From the NCBI GenBank assembly GCA_051294375.1, contig CM119268.1, forward strand, positions 13,151,770-13,215,769: a stretch of 64,000 bases of DNA, read 5' to 3'. Source of the DNA: Paraspadella gotoi (lineage: Eukaryota > Animalia > Chaetognatha). The notes under the pieces are model-generated. The model worked only from the letters and a program-made list of their open reading frames with translations. It was not told the origin of the DNA and made no database searches. Position numbers and translations under genes: made by a program. Below are positions 1 through 14,986 of the stretch, piece by piece. Every line of letters starts with the position of its first letter. The first letter of the stretch is position 1.

Positions 1-590
1 TTAATAATCATAATTAATCAGTAATTAATCAATTAGTAAATAAATTAAGTCAATAATTAATTAATTAGTCAATCATCCGTCCACGTCCATCTTACAAAAA
101 GCTCCAATAACTCGTGATTTGGCTGGTTGGATTGGAATTTAATTTTGGTGTGTGGGTGGAAGTGTGATGTGATAAAGCTGCGATATAAAATTGATGGAAT
201 CGTCGTGAGTGGAGAATTTAGTTTAATGGAAAAAACATAATGTCGAATTTACTAAAAGATTTTTTTACTTATTTTAACAATAAATACTCCAATTAACATA
301 ATTGGATGGATAGCCCATTGATGTTGAAATTTTGTGTGTGGTAGAAACGTATGGACGAAGCTTGATATAAAGGTTCAGGTGGAAACGTACCAAGTGGAAA
401 TGAGTTTAAATGAAAAAAAATATGAGTCACATTTACTTGAATCTTTTTATTTATTTTAACCCATGATAGATTTGAGATGAAATTTTGTGAGCCGGTGGGA
501 AAAGTAGTGAGAAGCTAGATATTAAAGTTTTTGACGGATGCATTGAAAAATTATGAATTGAAAAAAATGATGCAAGTTAAAAAAATCTTA
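1..590 (-). mobile_element. Degenerate copy of dispersed DINE-1/HINE-like (Helentron-associated) repeat
   Basis: Reverse complement of the family core (ccatttaaactcatttccactc...cacacacaaaatttcat...caatcacgagt) seen at 36830-37305 and 55540-56658. Confidence 0.6.
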
Positions 591-929
591 AAGGGCAAAA
601 GGTCGATCGCTATGCATAAAAAGAGAGAGAGAGAGAGAGAGACGAGAGAGAAGTGAGAGAGAGAGAGAGAGTGATGAGAGAAAGAGAGAGAAGGAGACAT
701 AAAATAAAAAAATTCATTAAAAAAGACTCGAAGATCGGAGCCAGGAGCCCACTATCATTAGAAAATTAAGAAAAAAACCGGGAAAAAAACGAATGATCAT
801 GCGAAACGAATTTGTTTGATGACTAGTAATTGATGAGGTAATACTATGATTGTGATGTAAGTTAGTAATTTATTTGATTGTAAGTAGGAATTGATTATGA
901 TTCGATGATAATCCAATTATTGATGCGAT

Positions 930-1032
930 GATAGGTCATTCCAACTGGCTGTGATGATAGTCATTCAGTGATGCGATGATTGTCATTCATTGATGCGATT
1001 GATTGTCATTCATTGATGCGATGATAGTCAAT
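930..1032. repeat. Degenerate ~21-bp tandem repeat (tgatgcgatgattgtcattca)
   Basis: About 4-5 imperfect units visible. Confidence 0.6.
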
Positions 1033-1058
1033 AAAAAAACAAATGCGTGTATGAGTGA

Positions 1059-1108
<50 letters not shown>

Positions 1109-1121
1109 AGAGAGAGAAGAG

Positions 1122-1153
<32 letters not shown>

Positions 1154-2514
1154 CAGAGAGAAGAAAGAGAATAAATCCAAAATCTCGGCATGAAATATGG
1201 GATTTTGTATTTGAAAATAAAGCGCGAATAAATGGCAATAATAAAAAGTTTTAAAGGGAAAAAATAATCAGAATTTTTCAAAAAACAAACGATACGCAAA
1301 AGATCGGACAGATAGGACAGACACACACATGAGAGACAGAGTAGACAGAGAGGAGAGAGAAAAGAGAGAAGAGAGAGACAGCCGCTGCAGTAGAAAAGAG
1401 AAAGAGCGAATATATAATAATTAAACGAGAGAGAGAGAAGAAGCTCTTAAGTCCCCTTTTACTCGTTAAAAGAAGTCAGCAGGTACTTTATTGGCGCGCA
1501 CGTTTGGTGAGCTATGTCTCTACCCAAAGGACCGGTTCGCGCCTTGTCGCGGGCATCGGTTTTTTACGAATTTAGTTGAACCACATTATATTAAAAATTT
1601 TTTGTGTAAAAAAAGACGAGAGAGAGGAGGAGAGAGACGGGGAGAGAGAAGAAGATCTGGACAGACGCTGCAGAGCCGGAACTCGTTTTTTAGAAGAAGC
1701 GTGACGGAGAAAAAGAGAGAGGAGAGAGAAGCGAACATATTAAATTAAAACGTTTTTTGTTTTGTAAATAAACATAAACAAATACCAATATTGATATGAA
1801 ACATGAGAATTTTAAAGATCTTGATGATTAGAAGCCAATATATTAGGAAAAATTCAACTCCTATGATATACACACTCAGAAGCCATGATTTGCAAAAAAG
1901 CCCGAGACCGAAGCTAAACCCGAAAAAATCTTAGGAACAGGACAGGCATTTGCCCGCACTGGCCCAGATAAGTAGAGGATATGTTGTATTTTTTTTGATA
2001 AATAGCTTAAACAAAAATTTAATAACTGTCTGACTCAATTTAAGGACATCTGAGACTACGTGAATCAAATGTATAAACTATATTAATTAATAATTAACTT
2101 AATTAATTAATTAAGTTATTAATTAAGTTAATTAAGAATCAATTAATTAATTAATTATCGGTAGCAGATCCGACATGGTTTGCTCAAACTTGTTTCTCTT
2201 CGACTTTCCAGTTACGTTGAATCTTCACCAACGAAAGTTCGACGTGGGAAGCGACCACGGTACGACTCACTCCTGGTCGACCCTCACGACGTTCAACGCG
2301 CGTGAGAAAAAAACTATCCCGGCGGTTGTTAGGGGACGTGGAGAAGAAGAGGGCGGGGATAAGGGTTGTTGGAATCGTTGGACTCTGGGAGTCCGTGAAG
2401 AAAGTTTCTGAGTCGAGGCGAGAATTGTTGTAGAGTTGTAGTCTTAAAGGACGAGCCAAAACTGGACAATAAGGTTCCTTAGGGGAAAAGGGTTTTGAGA
2501 TTCTAAAAAAAATG

Positions 2515-2714
2515 TGCGGTAATGTCGTTGCGGCAATTCGTTGCGGCATTGTCGTGTTCGGTGTAATTCGTTGCGCAATTCGTTGCGGCAATTCGTGTTC
2601 GGTAAGTTCGTTGCGGCTATTCGTTGCGGCAATTTCGTTCGGTAATGTCGGTTTCGGCTAATTCGTTGCGGCAATTCGTTGCCGGCAATTTCGTTTTCGG
2701 CAATTCGTTGCGGT
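2515..2714. repeat. Tandem ~13-bp repeat (gcaattcgttgcg) with variants
   Basis: More than 10 imperfect units; it generates the spurious PQRIA ORFs. Confidence 0.8.
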
Positions 2715-4931
2715 AAATCCGATCTGTCGAAGATCGAGGCGTGAAAACGGTTTCCTCGAGGAGCTCAAATGTCATACCTCCAGTTAAACAGGTTGAAAGA
2801 GGAGAAGGAAAGCGACGGCCCGCGTCGTGAATGACGTTAGTGAATTGACGCCGTCGTTTTGTGAGGTTAGTCTTAATTTTAAATCATCCAAATCGATTCT
2901 TATCTCGCTCAAGATTATTTTTAAGAATCTCATTTCTTTTGTTACGCGAACGTTAGAAACAAAGAGAGAAACTTATGTGTCACCATTAAAGTTACAAAGA
3001 AAACAGGGTTTTGCATTTGTATTACAACGATGTATTTGTAAATGTTCCCGCGTGTTTTCGGTTCTTGCTTTTTCGAACCTGTCTTCATTCATCGTTGTAA
3101 TAACAAATAAAAACTTATGTTTCTTTGTTAATTGCCTTAAACAAACGCAAGAAAGGAATATACACAATCACGTAAAGTTAGAATTTGCTTCTTTACATTT
3201 TTTTCCTAATCGCATGTATTCTCCTAGTGACGTCCACTGGCTTCCGTCTTTGATCTACCAAGTCTACAATCGCGCCAACGTGGGAATTTGTCACGCGTTT
3301 CAGGCTACTAAATTATCTATTTCGTCCGCCCCCCCAACAGATCGACGCGCATTACATTCACATTCCGTTCCTTTCAGTTGCTGTACATGATGTTTGCTGA
3401 GTGTTCTGTCTTCTGATCGTCGTTGACCTCGGGTCATTCGGACGCTACACTCAATACCGTTCATCTACGTCTTTCTCTGGCTCGCCGGGTCAAGATCTTC
3501 GGGTCACACTATCCGTCGCCCGTCTGCGCTCTCTCAAGTCCTGGAGGAGTCTACAGCCGTATCTACAACGATTGTGATAACGAAGAAAAATAAGTGTTGT
3601 CAAGGGCTTTATTCGAGTAAATAATGTTAGATAACAAACATTCTAAATCGGACAAGTTTATCAATAACGAGCATTTACACGAAAAATCAACCCTCAACAA
3701 CCTTGGGCCCAAACAGCTGGGGTCTTACTCGGCCATCATCCCCATGGCCGCCCACCTTCTCTTTACATCAAAGCCCACCGGCTGACCGTGGACGAGCTGC
3801 TTGGGAACGGAGCAAAGTGCTGCGCCTCGCGTGCTGCGGCGGAGCGGAGAGAAGCAGCGACCGCTGCGGGACGTGAGCTCGCTCGTTTCCGTTCGTCGTC
3901 TCCAGGCATCTGTTGGCGTTCGTCAGGTAGTGCTGGCAATGATGACAAGTTCATGATCAAGGCCGGCGGAGAACCGGTCGACGGTGAGGATTTAGGATTT
4001 AGACGCGAATCCAGATTTTAGATGTTGTTGGAATGTTAAGTTCGTAAAAAGGCGAATCTTTCTTTTCAGTGACCGGCGACCGGATCGAAACTCGCGACTC
4101 AACGACTTCGAGGTCTGCCACCGACCAGTTGGAGGCGTTGAGGACGAGGAATTGCCTCTTCTTAGAGGAAAAAATCCCTCCATCGCAGGGAGATTGCATC
4201 GGTGAGGGCCTGGGGAAAGGATCGGGAAGGATGAAAAGTGCGGAATGATTTTAATAGTCTCTCTCTTCGAGTAATTTTCTTCCCCGATTAGACTTTGAGG
4301 AGATTCGTCCAACGGGCGATTTGAAAGAAATCCGAGACTTTCGATGAAACCCTTTTAATCTTTTTCTCCGGAGAAAATAAGTTCTGCGGGTTTTCATTCG
4401 TTCATTCATTCCCTCATTCGATGACGAATAAAAACCAGAACGACGACAAACAACTCGCTCAGAGCTCCCGGTCTGATTTTATTTTTCTCGAAGCTTTAAA
4501 GGGAAGTCGGGGCGACTCGGAGCCCGGCGACTTAATTGACGACTGCAGTCGATCGGGATTCGTCTCAAGTCGGGCTCGGGATTATCCGGTCCTTTGTCGG
4601 AATGGATTGACCGCCTTTCTATCTCGACTCGAGGTTTAATTGTAACCTGATATTCTGCCAAAACTAAATAGTTTGATCCTCGCTCGTCCCAGCTCTATTC
4701 TGTTCAATTGTGTTCCTTATGCAATAATCAAACGCCTGACTTTTCTGTCCCTGCCTACTTGCATATAGACTGACTGGATTGCCGGACAAACTGCCGAGGC
4801 CAAATAGCCCGCCTTTTTTGTCGCCGCCGAACGGCTTTTCCCGCCCACTCTGGAGTCATCGTTGGCTGAAAGGGATAGATGCTCGAAGTCTATGGAGGCG
4901 GAGATTTTAAATTGCATTTCATAGAGAGAAA

Positions 4932-4975
<44 letters not shown>

Positions 4976-5919
4976 ATTTGAAATTCTTTTTTTTAAATGG
5001 ATGGTTTTATTAGATCCGGTGTCAATAGTCAATATGTTTTATATTTTGTACACTCTCTTTTAATGATAAGCAGTTTACAAGAATAGCGTGACAGAAAACC
5101 ACAGCTTTTTATAAATAAATATTTAAAAATAAATACATATATAATTATATATTTGTAAACGCTCTGAGAACAGTGATCTAAATTTCAAATTAATTAGTTT
5201 GTCAAATGTTCCGCTCCTTTCGTTTTACTGTCGTTCCGCTTCCGAAGTAAATTGAAGAAATTTTTCTCAATTTACCAGAAAATTATTGCGTTTCGTCATG
5301 GAGGTCGTCGTCGTCAGCATGGACGTCGTTGTCGTCGTCGTGCTTCATTAGTCAGCTTCGTCTTACGCTGTTTCGATTTCTTTTTGTAAGCCCGCAGTTC
5401 TATTAACAGTTATTTACTCGAGTAAGGAAATGAGGGTAAGAAGGAGGAGAGAGACGAGAAGAAGAGAGGAAGAGAACCGAGAGAGAGATCGAGAAGAGAG
5501 AGAGAGAAGAGAGAAGAGAGAGAGAGGAAGTGAGAGAGGAAGAGGCCCCGAGAGACACAGAGAGACCTTTAGTTCCCTTTAGCCCCGCCATTTCTTATTA
5601 AACCAGTTATTTACTCGAGTAAGGAACATGGTAAGAGACGGAGAGAGATCAAACCGCTGCGGAGACCGAGAGAGAGAGAGGAGAGAGAACCTTTAGTTCT
5701 TTTTGTACTATATAGCGAGTAAATATTTCTGTTTTAAATTCCTGTAATGGTATTTCGACGACTGTTTTAAAATGACGCATGCATGATTTGCACTAATGGA
5801 TAAATAAAATTGCGAATATTCTTTGTTTCGACTCATTTCACAAAAATTTCCTTTCCGAATGAGCATAAATGTTTATAAAAGTCATCAAAATTTAGCTTTG
5901 TTATTGTATCGGAAGATGA

Positions 5920-6026
<107 letters not shown>

Positions 6027-6474
6027 TGAATAGACATTATACATTAGACATTAGACACTACTTAATTTATTGCGGCTTTAGGTTTTTACAGGGCCTTTAA
6101 AGGCTGCTTAATTTTATAAACGAGGTTTAAAGTTATGTATAACCCTTCCTACACGATGCCACAAAGGACAATTTCCATCTCGATCGACGAGGACGACGAA
6201 CAAAAGGCTAACGATGTTTTCTGTCATCACCGACGGTCAACAATCGTCGTCATGATTTTCACGGTTTGTTTTTGTCGACGTCGCCATCTTGCGATCCTCA
6301 TCATCATCATTATTTTATTCGAGCGATCGTCGTCAAAGTAATTTTTTCTTAGGCCGGCTTTCTTTTTTTACTTTGGTTTTTTTCTTCGATGTTAACCTTT
6401 GGATTTGTTGTGTTGTGAATTAGCAAAGAGAATTTGTTTTTATTTCTACAATGATTTTATTTTTAATAGGAACA

Positions 6475-6514
6475 GACATGTTTCGACTCTAATACGAGTC
6501 TTCATCGGCGCATT
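6475..6514 (-). ncRNA. Minimal hammerhead ribozyme relic (Penelope-like)
   Basis: Minus strand reads tgcg-CCGATGA-a-gactc-gtatta-gagtc-GAAAC-at-GTC; one mismatch in CUGANGA. Confidence 0.55.
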
Positions 6515-6622
6515 TTGATTTTCTTTATTTTTTCACGATTGTTTAGTTTATCTTTTTGTTTGTTTTTGTTTTGTTGTGTTTGTATGGTCTCTGCTCTCTC
6601 TCTCTCTCTCTCTTCTTCTCTC

Positions 6623-6680
<58 letters not shown>

Positions 6681-8419
6681 CTCTCTCCTTTATTCTCCAT
6701 CGTAAATTGCCCGGCCATTCTACGATCTCGGTGACTGCGACGGCGACGTTGGAATTCTTCAATTATAGTGAGGGCCGCGAGAATGGAGGGCAAGGAGAAT
6801 GGAGAGAGAGGGAGATAGAGAGAGAGAGAGAGGAGAGAGAAGAAGAGAGGAGAGGAGAGATAGAGAGGGAGAGAGAGAGAGAAGAGATGAGAGAGAGTGA
6901 GTGGTGAGTGTGTAAGTAGTAGATTTTAAGTACCCGGGGGAAAAAAGGCAAAAGAAAATTTAAAAAAAAAAAAATTACGAATCTTTAAGTCCTGCATACG
7001 AAATACAATAATGAGTAGTCACACATTACTATACTCTTACAGCTAAACGCACATCGTTCAAATTTCTTACGTCGAATAAAAACTAACTTCCGCTCATAAT
7101 TCTTCCAACTCAAGTTTGGAACAATATTTTTTTCTTCTCGCATTCATCGAGTTTTTAACCTTCGTCTCACCGCGAAAATACTCGTTACAAATGATGGTAA
7201 TTTATTCGGAAGTAATTGATGGCTGAGTCGCTCTCTTGGGCGCGGCGGGTAGGCCGTGGGGGGCGGGCGGAACGGACTGTGGAAGAAGATGGGGGGGGGG
7301 TGGAAGAAGGGGAGGTAATTTATTAGCACCGTGGGTGACGTTTGAAGAGGGAATTCCTTTTTTTTTTATTCTTTTCGAATAAAATGAGGAAAAAATACAA
7401 AAATTCCCGACTCGATGGAAAAGGAGGGAGAAAAAAAAACTGGAATAAAAAAACAAAAAAACAAAAAAACAGAAAAGATGAAAAGGGAGAGAAAAAAAAA
7501 CAAGAGAGGAAACGATGGGGAGTTGGAACTGAAGAGAAGATTCGAAAAGTATGAGAGAAGAAAGAAATCGGATGGACGCGGAGGAAAAAAGAAAATGGAG
7601 AGAAAAAAAAAATTAAGGAAAAAACAAATAGAGAAAAAAACTGGGGAAAAGAAAAATGTTATAAGGGGGAAAAAAAGGAGAGAAAATTTGTTTTAGTTTT
7701 TGTTTCAACGACGAAACGACAAAGTCTTTCGCGAATGGATGAAAGGAAATGGAAAAAAAAGGGAAAGGCGACAAGTCGTCAACAAAAAAGAAAAGAAAAC
7801 AAACAAACATCGGGGATTCTTCCTGACTTTTCCCCGGAGAAAGAGACGCGGAGAGAGAGAGAGAGAGAGAGAGTCTTGAGAACTGAAGCTTTTGCCTTTT
7901 CTACTTAAATCCTCTTATTAAAGGGGATTTGTTTTTTGTATTTGTCTCCTCATATCATATTTATGTTTCGAGTGGAAACAGATAAAATCTTCAAAACTAT
8001 TTCCGCCTTTTACGGTTTTCTTAATGTGAGTTGTATCGTTTTGAGAAGCTCGAGTGACTTATGAAATTGGTACAACCAATACACTTTATAATATATATTA
8101 TATTTTTCAATAACAAATTGTTAATTGTTTGTGCGATTATTTTTTTATTAACAATATTGAAGGCCTGCTAGAAACGTAGCCCCATAAAAAAGAAAGGAAC
8201 GCAGAGAGACTTTTGACGTCAAACAACCGATTGGCTCAAGATTGACCACCGGGCGACATGACCCAACCACAACAAAACCTTCCCGGCTCCATAGAATCGA
8301 CCTCGAAAATGAGTCATTCTGACCACAACAGCAGCGCCCTCCATCGTTTCCACCAGCGGCTGTTCACCATCCTCGTTCGTTTCCACAATATCCGTCGACC
8401 TCACCCGAACTGAACTTAC

Positions 8420-8835
8420 CTTTTTCGGCGAAATCGTGGAACCGAAATAATCCTTCCCCTCTTCCTTTTTTCGTCGTCGTCGTCGTCGCGGCGTCGGCGT
8501 CGGCGTCCCTTTTGTCTCTCCTCGCCAGCGCCACCATCAACAAGATGGAACCGAACAAAAGAGCAATCCGAATCGGGACGGCGGGGAGACGACGACGTCG
8601 AGACCGACTAGGAGGTTGCTGGAGATGATGATGATGATGATGATGAAGATGATGATGATGAAGATGATGATCGTCAGGACGAAGTCGAAAACGATGACGC
8701 TCGATATTTTTGTTGTCGTCGACGTGAAGGTCGTTGTTGTCGTCGTTGTTTCGACGCCGGCCGAGCAGCGACGCCACCGACGACGACCACCAAGACGTCA
8801 CTCGTGACGTCATCGAAGCCTTCGATTCGGGAGAG

Positions 8836-8868
<33 letters not shown>

Positions 8869-8897
8869 AATGACGCTAACGACGATGACGATCTCAT
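8420..8897 (-). CDS. Putative first coding exon of a type II membrane protein (Ser- and His-rich N-terminus, one TM helix)
   Basis: ATG at 8897, open frame, hydrophobic IRIALLFGSILLMVALA after RRRR, strong donor AAAG|gtaagt at 8420/8419. A phase-compatible candidate exon lies at ~4759-4889; family unknown. Confidence 0.4.
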
Positions 8898-8967
8898 GAT
8901 GACGTTGTTCGTCCTCTTGGCGGCGACTCCCCGAGGAGGCAACAGAGTGAGTGAGTCGAATCAAATG

Positions 8968-9077
<110 letters not shown>

Positions 9078-11634
9078 CTAGATTTTGGCAATCGCCTATA
9101 TTTTTCCGACGGACCGATTTCCACTCCTTAATTTTTTTTTTCTGATTGCTCTTTTTTTTTATTTCTTCGTTATCCGTTGACGTCGTCCTATTAGGGGTCG
9201 AGCCTCGTTCTCGGTACCTTTTGTTTTTCCCCAGTTTCCCTCATCTCCATTTTATTTATTTTTCTTCCTTCCTTTTTTCCCCTTTTCTTTCCTTCCTTCA
9301 CCCGCCCGTCAGCACTCGGTCACGGCGGACCGGAGGAAACCCGCATGACGAACAGGGATTTCTTGCTTGTTTATTTTTATTCGGCGAAGTTTAACAAAGG
9401 ATTAGTTTCTTAATTTAGCGTCGTTTTTTAGTTTTTTATCCGTCGCGCACAGAAAATATATGAAAAATTACAAAATTGCGTGAAGAAACCTGAAAAGACA
9501 ATTTTTTCAAAGTAAACAAATCATAAGAAAAAGGAAAATAGGCAAAAAACTTTAAAATAAAGAGGCAAACATATCGATGCCAAAATATTTTTTTATTTGT
9601 TTTTTTTTTTTTTGGTTGCAGCGGATTGATTTCTGTTGATGCCAGATGGCGATGAAGACAGAAACAAGGATTACGCAAATATATCAGAGGTGCACTTTAC
9701 ATATTTCCCCAGGAAATGTTTTATAATATGTCAGATTCGTAATAGTAATACGGCGATAACTGCGCAAAAATATTTTGTACGAACGTATTTATGTAGTTTA
9801 CCATTAACCTTTGAGTTATGAAAATACATTTATAAGCAGCTATAGACAGACAAGATGGCGGACCTTATTGGTCTTCATCAAAAGGTTAAACCGAAGGTCA
9901 CTCAGAAGAATTACCCTCGGGCCCGAGGGTCAACCAAAAGTCGCATTGTCTGTAGAATATCTAACTTTCCGATGACGTCAAAGGGACGTCTGGAAGAATG
10001 GACATAGGGACGATGGATATGGGACAAAGTGCAGACTGTGCAGAGTGATGTATGCTCTTTGCAGAGGAAAATGAAAAACAAAAGCAAAACTCTGAGCGAA
10101 GGATGTATTAGAATAATAAATTGGTTGGCGCAATGACGTAAACGGAGAACAAATTAGTAAATGGGAGTAGAAGCGAACAATGAAAAGTGAACGCTGAATA
10201 CTGTGCCATCTGGAAAAGTGGATAAACGCCATCCGAAAAGAAAGAAAGAATATTCATTCATTTTTGTTCCCAGTTCTTGTCGAATCCTTATTTTTCTTCT
10301 TTTATTTTCGTTGTCCCTTTTAGTAAATGTTGTTGTCGTCGTTTTCGTCTTTTTTCGCTTTCGACTCGTGACGTCATCCACGTCACTTTTGTGGCTTTTG
10401 TTGTCAACATCGCATCTTTTCTGTCAGCTTTTCCCATTTTCTTTTTTTTTTCGTAAAGAGAGGCCATCAACTGGAGGGTTTTTTTTTTTTCGTAAAACTT
10501 AATCCGGCGATCGCGTTTCCTGACTGAAAGAGGGGGAAGGGAGCTTGTCAACTCGGCCGGAAAAAATGTCCACGGAGAATGGGTCAATGACCGATTCTCT
10601 CCGACGGTCGCAGGAATCGCTCGACAGGTGGAACGACTGTCGCGTCCAAACTGACCAATTCTCTGCTGATTCGGCGAAAGTGTTCGGCGTTGGGATCCAA
10701 TTATAAATATTAAACTGTGGATCGGCGAAGATTTTTTTATTTAAAAAAAAAAAACGAAAACAGACGAGAACGCGTTTTAGGAATAATTCAAAGAACGTAG
10801 AAATGAGACAAAGGGAGAGAGGAAGTGGTTTCCGGGACAAAGGGAATCTAGGACAAAGGAAGACAATAAATATCCGGAACAGTAAACAAACGGGGACAAG
10901 GAAGATGCGATGGTTTCTAAAAGGCAGAAACTGTTTGCGCGCCTTTGTCAAAGACTCTGAGATTGTTATTTAAATTCGTTGTTGTTATTTATTTTCGTAG
11001 CTGATTTTCGCTGACGAGGAATCACTAATAATCTTGTCGGTGAATCTTATTCGAGTGATTTTTTTAACTTTTTGAGATTTTGTGCAAAAAAACACACACA
11101 CAAAAAACAAAACGATTTCCTGTGAATCTGCAGAAAAAAAGCCATACGAGTTGATTGGTGAATTTGTGAACGAAGAAGCACCTCAAGGCGAGTTAAATTT
11201 GCAATAATGAAAAAAAAATGATAATGATAAAAAAAGAAAAAAATTTAGAAATAAAAAAATAGAAGAGAGAAGAGAGAGAGAGAGAAGAGAGAGAGAGGAG
11301 AGAGAGAAGAGAGAGAGAGAGAGAGAAGCAAGAGAGACAGAGAGAGGAGAGAGAGAGAAATTCAAAAAACTTTTATCGATGAAAAAAATAGAGGAGAGAT
11401 TCAAACCCATGGATGAGCTGCAGAAACACTGGGCACGCCTCGTCTTCGTTTCGGAGAAAAGAGGAAGAGCTGGAGGAGGAGGAAGAGGAGGAGGAAGTGG
11501 AAGGAGGAAAAGCAGGAGGAAGGGGAGGAGGAGGAAGTGAAAGAAGGAAGAAAAAGAAAGCCGGTAAGTACGTCGGGGAAAAGGATGGAGAACTGAAGGA
11601 AAGAAGAGGCGACTAAAAAGGAGGAAAGAAAGTA

Positions 11635-11699
<65 letters not shown>

Positions 11700-14010
11700 C
11701 AATTCAGTCAGATTTCGTGCTAGAATCGGAACTTCAAATTAGAATCGTTCGTCCGGCAAAAAACTTCACTTTTTTTTTCTTTAGCGATGGAATTGAATAG
11801 GATTTGAGGTTTGCAAGAAGGGTGCGGGGCCGGGCGACGTCGGGCCGCGGGGGCCCCGTGCCGCAGAGCCGCCCGGGCTAAAAAAAAAAGAGGGAAAAAG
11901 AAATGAGACACAACGAAGGGAAAATAGATTGAGACTCGCGTCTCGATTCTTTCTTCGTCGCTAGAAATAATTTCGAGAAGATAAATCTACAATGTATTAT
12001 GTTGTGGACGCGGTCTTTATTTCAAACTTTGAAATTGCAATTACGCATTTATTTTCGCGTGTAAATTTTTGGAATATTTAGGAAGTAATTTATTTTTTGT
12101 TTTGTTTTTCGTCGTTGACCGTCGTTTTGACTCTTGATTCCTTCGCTTTTTAAATTTTTGTTTCGTTGATTTTTGTTATTGAATTTCGCCCCTTTTGCGG
12201 TTTTTCAACATTGGGTTTTTTTTTCTCTTTTCACGGCCACGCTCATTTGATTCAAAGTCATTTCGCCGAGAGAAATGGAAATTTCTAGTTAAAAGAAAAT
12301 CTGGCGGTTTTTAAAGCTCCGCCTCGTGGAATCTCTGCGGCGGCCACCGTCGGCGTGGCGCTGCGATTGAATGAGGAAACTAAACAAGAAACTCGAGAAA
12401 CCAAAAAAAGGGAAAACAAAAGACAAACAGGAGAGAAGCAATAAAAACAAGGAATCCCCCTCACGGCGACTTTGGGAATTGCGTTCTGTCGAAACCCAGG
12501 TTGTAACGAGCCGATCACGCTTCTCCTCGGTTCCGTTGGATCGCGTTAAGACGGTTGCCACTGGCATCGCATCACAACATCAGTTCGAATTGCTGTTCCA
12601 TATTTTGGCAACGATTCGCAAGGCCGGGTACAAATCTTGTCCACTTTGATCTTCAGTTAGTCGAAACGAATCGGGAAATGTCGTCGTTGCTTTCGTCGTC
12701 GATTTTTACGTAGTTTAATCATTTAATCATCTCGAATTGAGGCATTTAAGTAAGAAGACAGAGATTTCAGCATGAAACCAAAGTTGAATTTATTTACAGA
12801 AAATAAGCGAGAAGACGATGTCAATATTTGGACAGAATGAATTGGTACAAAAACCGGTGCTTTTTATACAATGCAAGTGGATCAGAGACGTGGGAAGATT
12901 TTCCCGGCGGATGGAGACCCATCCGTCTATTGGCTGGTTCCATCTCGAGTCTCGACCAATCAGAGAGCTTGATTCCATTTCGGTGATTTCTTCCATCTTC
13001 TGGGTAACTAGATATTCCTAGAATGTTAGTTTAATTTTTGTTTAATCATTAGGGAATCTCGAAATGTATTTTAATTGTAGTTTAATCATTTAAGAAATCT
13101 CGAATTGTAGTTTAATTGAAGTTTAATCGTTTTAAAAATCTCGAATTGTAGTTTAATTGAAGTTTTAATCTAGAAATCTCGAATTCTTGTCTCATTTCCT
13201 ACTGAATTTTTCTACTACATTTCTAACTACATTATGAGCGCCACAACGTGATCGTTTCGATCTTTCTCATCTTTTCTCCAATTTCCTCTTCGATCAAGTT
13301 GGTCACCCGTATCCCTGTCGTCGTCTTCCTCTTCCTCCTCTTCCTCCTCCCGCTTCCGGTTTCACGCGAATAGAATTTACCATAAAATGTCGTTGATTAT
13401 CGGAAAAGGTCTTCGAGGAGCGGCGGAGCATGAGGAGTTCGATGACGATGATGATGATGATGATGATGACGGTGACGAGGGAATGACATTTATGGCGACG
13501 ATGACTGTTAACCGAATGCGGAAGACTTTGATGATGGTAAAATTGATGGTACCAAGGTTAAAATGGATATTGGATTTTGTGATGATGTTAACATTTAAAT
13601 TATGAGGAAGATGAATAAAATGACAAAAAGGTCAGTGATAAAAAATTTTTTTCCTAATCATGAGCTCAATTAAATCAATGTTGCATTTCAACGGTTTAAC
13701 TTCGCCATTGGCTTGCGTGTATCAAAGTCATAACTAGAGCGTTATAAGTTATAAGAGCGTTATAAGACGAAAAAAATCATCAACGAATTTATTTATAAAG
13801 AATACTGATACAATGATACAATACTTATACAATGATACAATGAAAGTGCTCGCGAGCCGAAGACAAAGCCATTCCATGAATTGCCTGGCGGAAAATCTAG
13901 AACGTGAAGAATCTGGAACAGGGAAATAACACAAATGAGTCGAAACGATGGGTGTCCTCCGAGAGACGAGAACTAATAGAGAGCGAGACGGAGCAGAATG
14001 AGCCAAGGAG

Positions 14011-14146
<136 letters not shown>

Positions 14147-14941
14147 CTTATCAATTTCGAAAAAAATAATTTAAAGATGTAAATGTTTTAAAACCTTGCT
14201 TGTTGTTTTGTTTGTTTATTTTGTTTTGTTTCTCCTTCAAAAAGAGTGTATCAACTGCTATACAAACTTCCCAAACATAATGAACTAAATGGCTTTTAAT
14301 TATTAAAACCTTCTAAAATCTAATACTTGAAAAAAAGGCTTTTGTATGATTATATTGTATGATTATATGATTAACTGGAAAAGCTTTTCTTTACGTTTTA
14401 ATAACAACGGCGTCCATTGACCTCGTTTCCTTGAATCATTCATCGTCTCAGCATTCCCACGACAATTTTTTTTCATTCGTTTATTTCCTCCCACACGAAA
14501 AAACATATTTTCTGAAACCATTCCACAGTTCCCGGTTGGCCCCGTTTCCCATTTCTCACTCGAATGACGTCAATTTTTGACTTTCTTTCCAGGCGCTTAA
14601 GCTACGCCGTCTCTGATTGGTCGGAGGAGTCGGCTCTCATTAAATCTTTCGCTTTCGCCAGGGCGTCTCCGATTGGCTGAATGAGTGAAAGCGCATCGGC
14701 CCTCATTAGTAGCAATATGGAGTTACGCGCGGAATAATTGGACAAGCGAATCTACTATTGTTAATGCTATATTCGGGTTGTAAAAAAACGATCTTTTAAT
14801 TTTAGAGAATATTCAATATTTGCGATTTGACGGATTCTGCGTGACGTGGTTGGTCGTATCCTGAGTAGCGAATGCCGATTGGTTGAATTTTAACTCGGAA
14901 TCTGAAGCGTCGCCTCACGATTGAACAGTTCGGTTTCTTAG

Positions 14942-14986
<45 letters not shown>
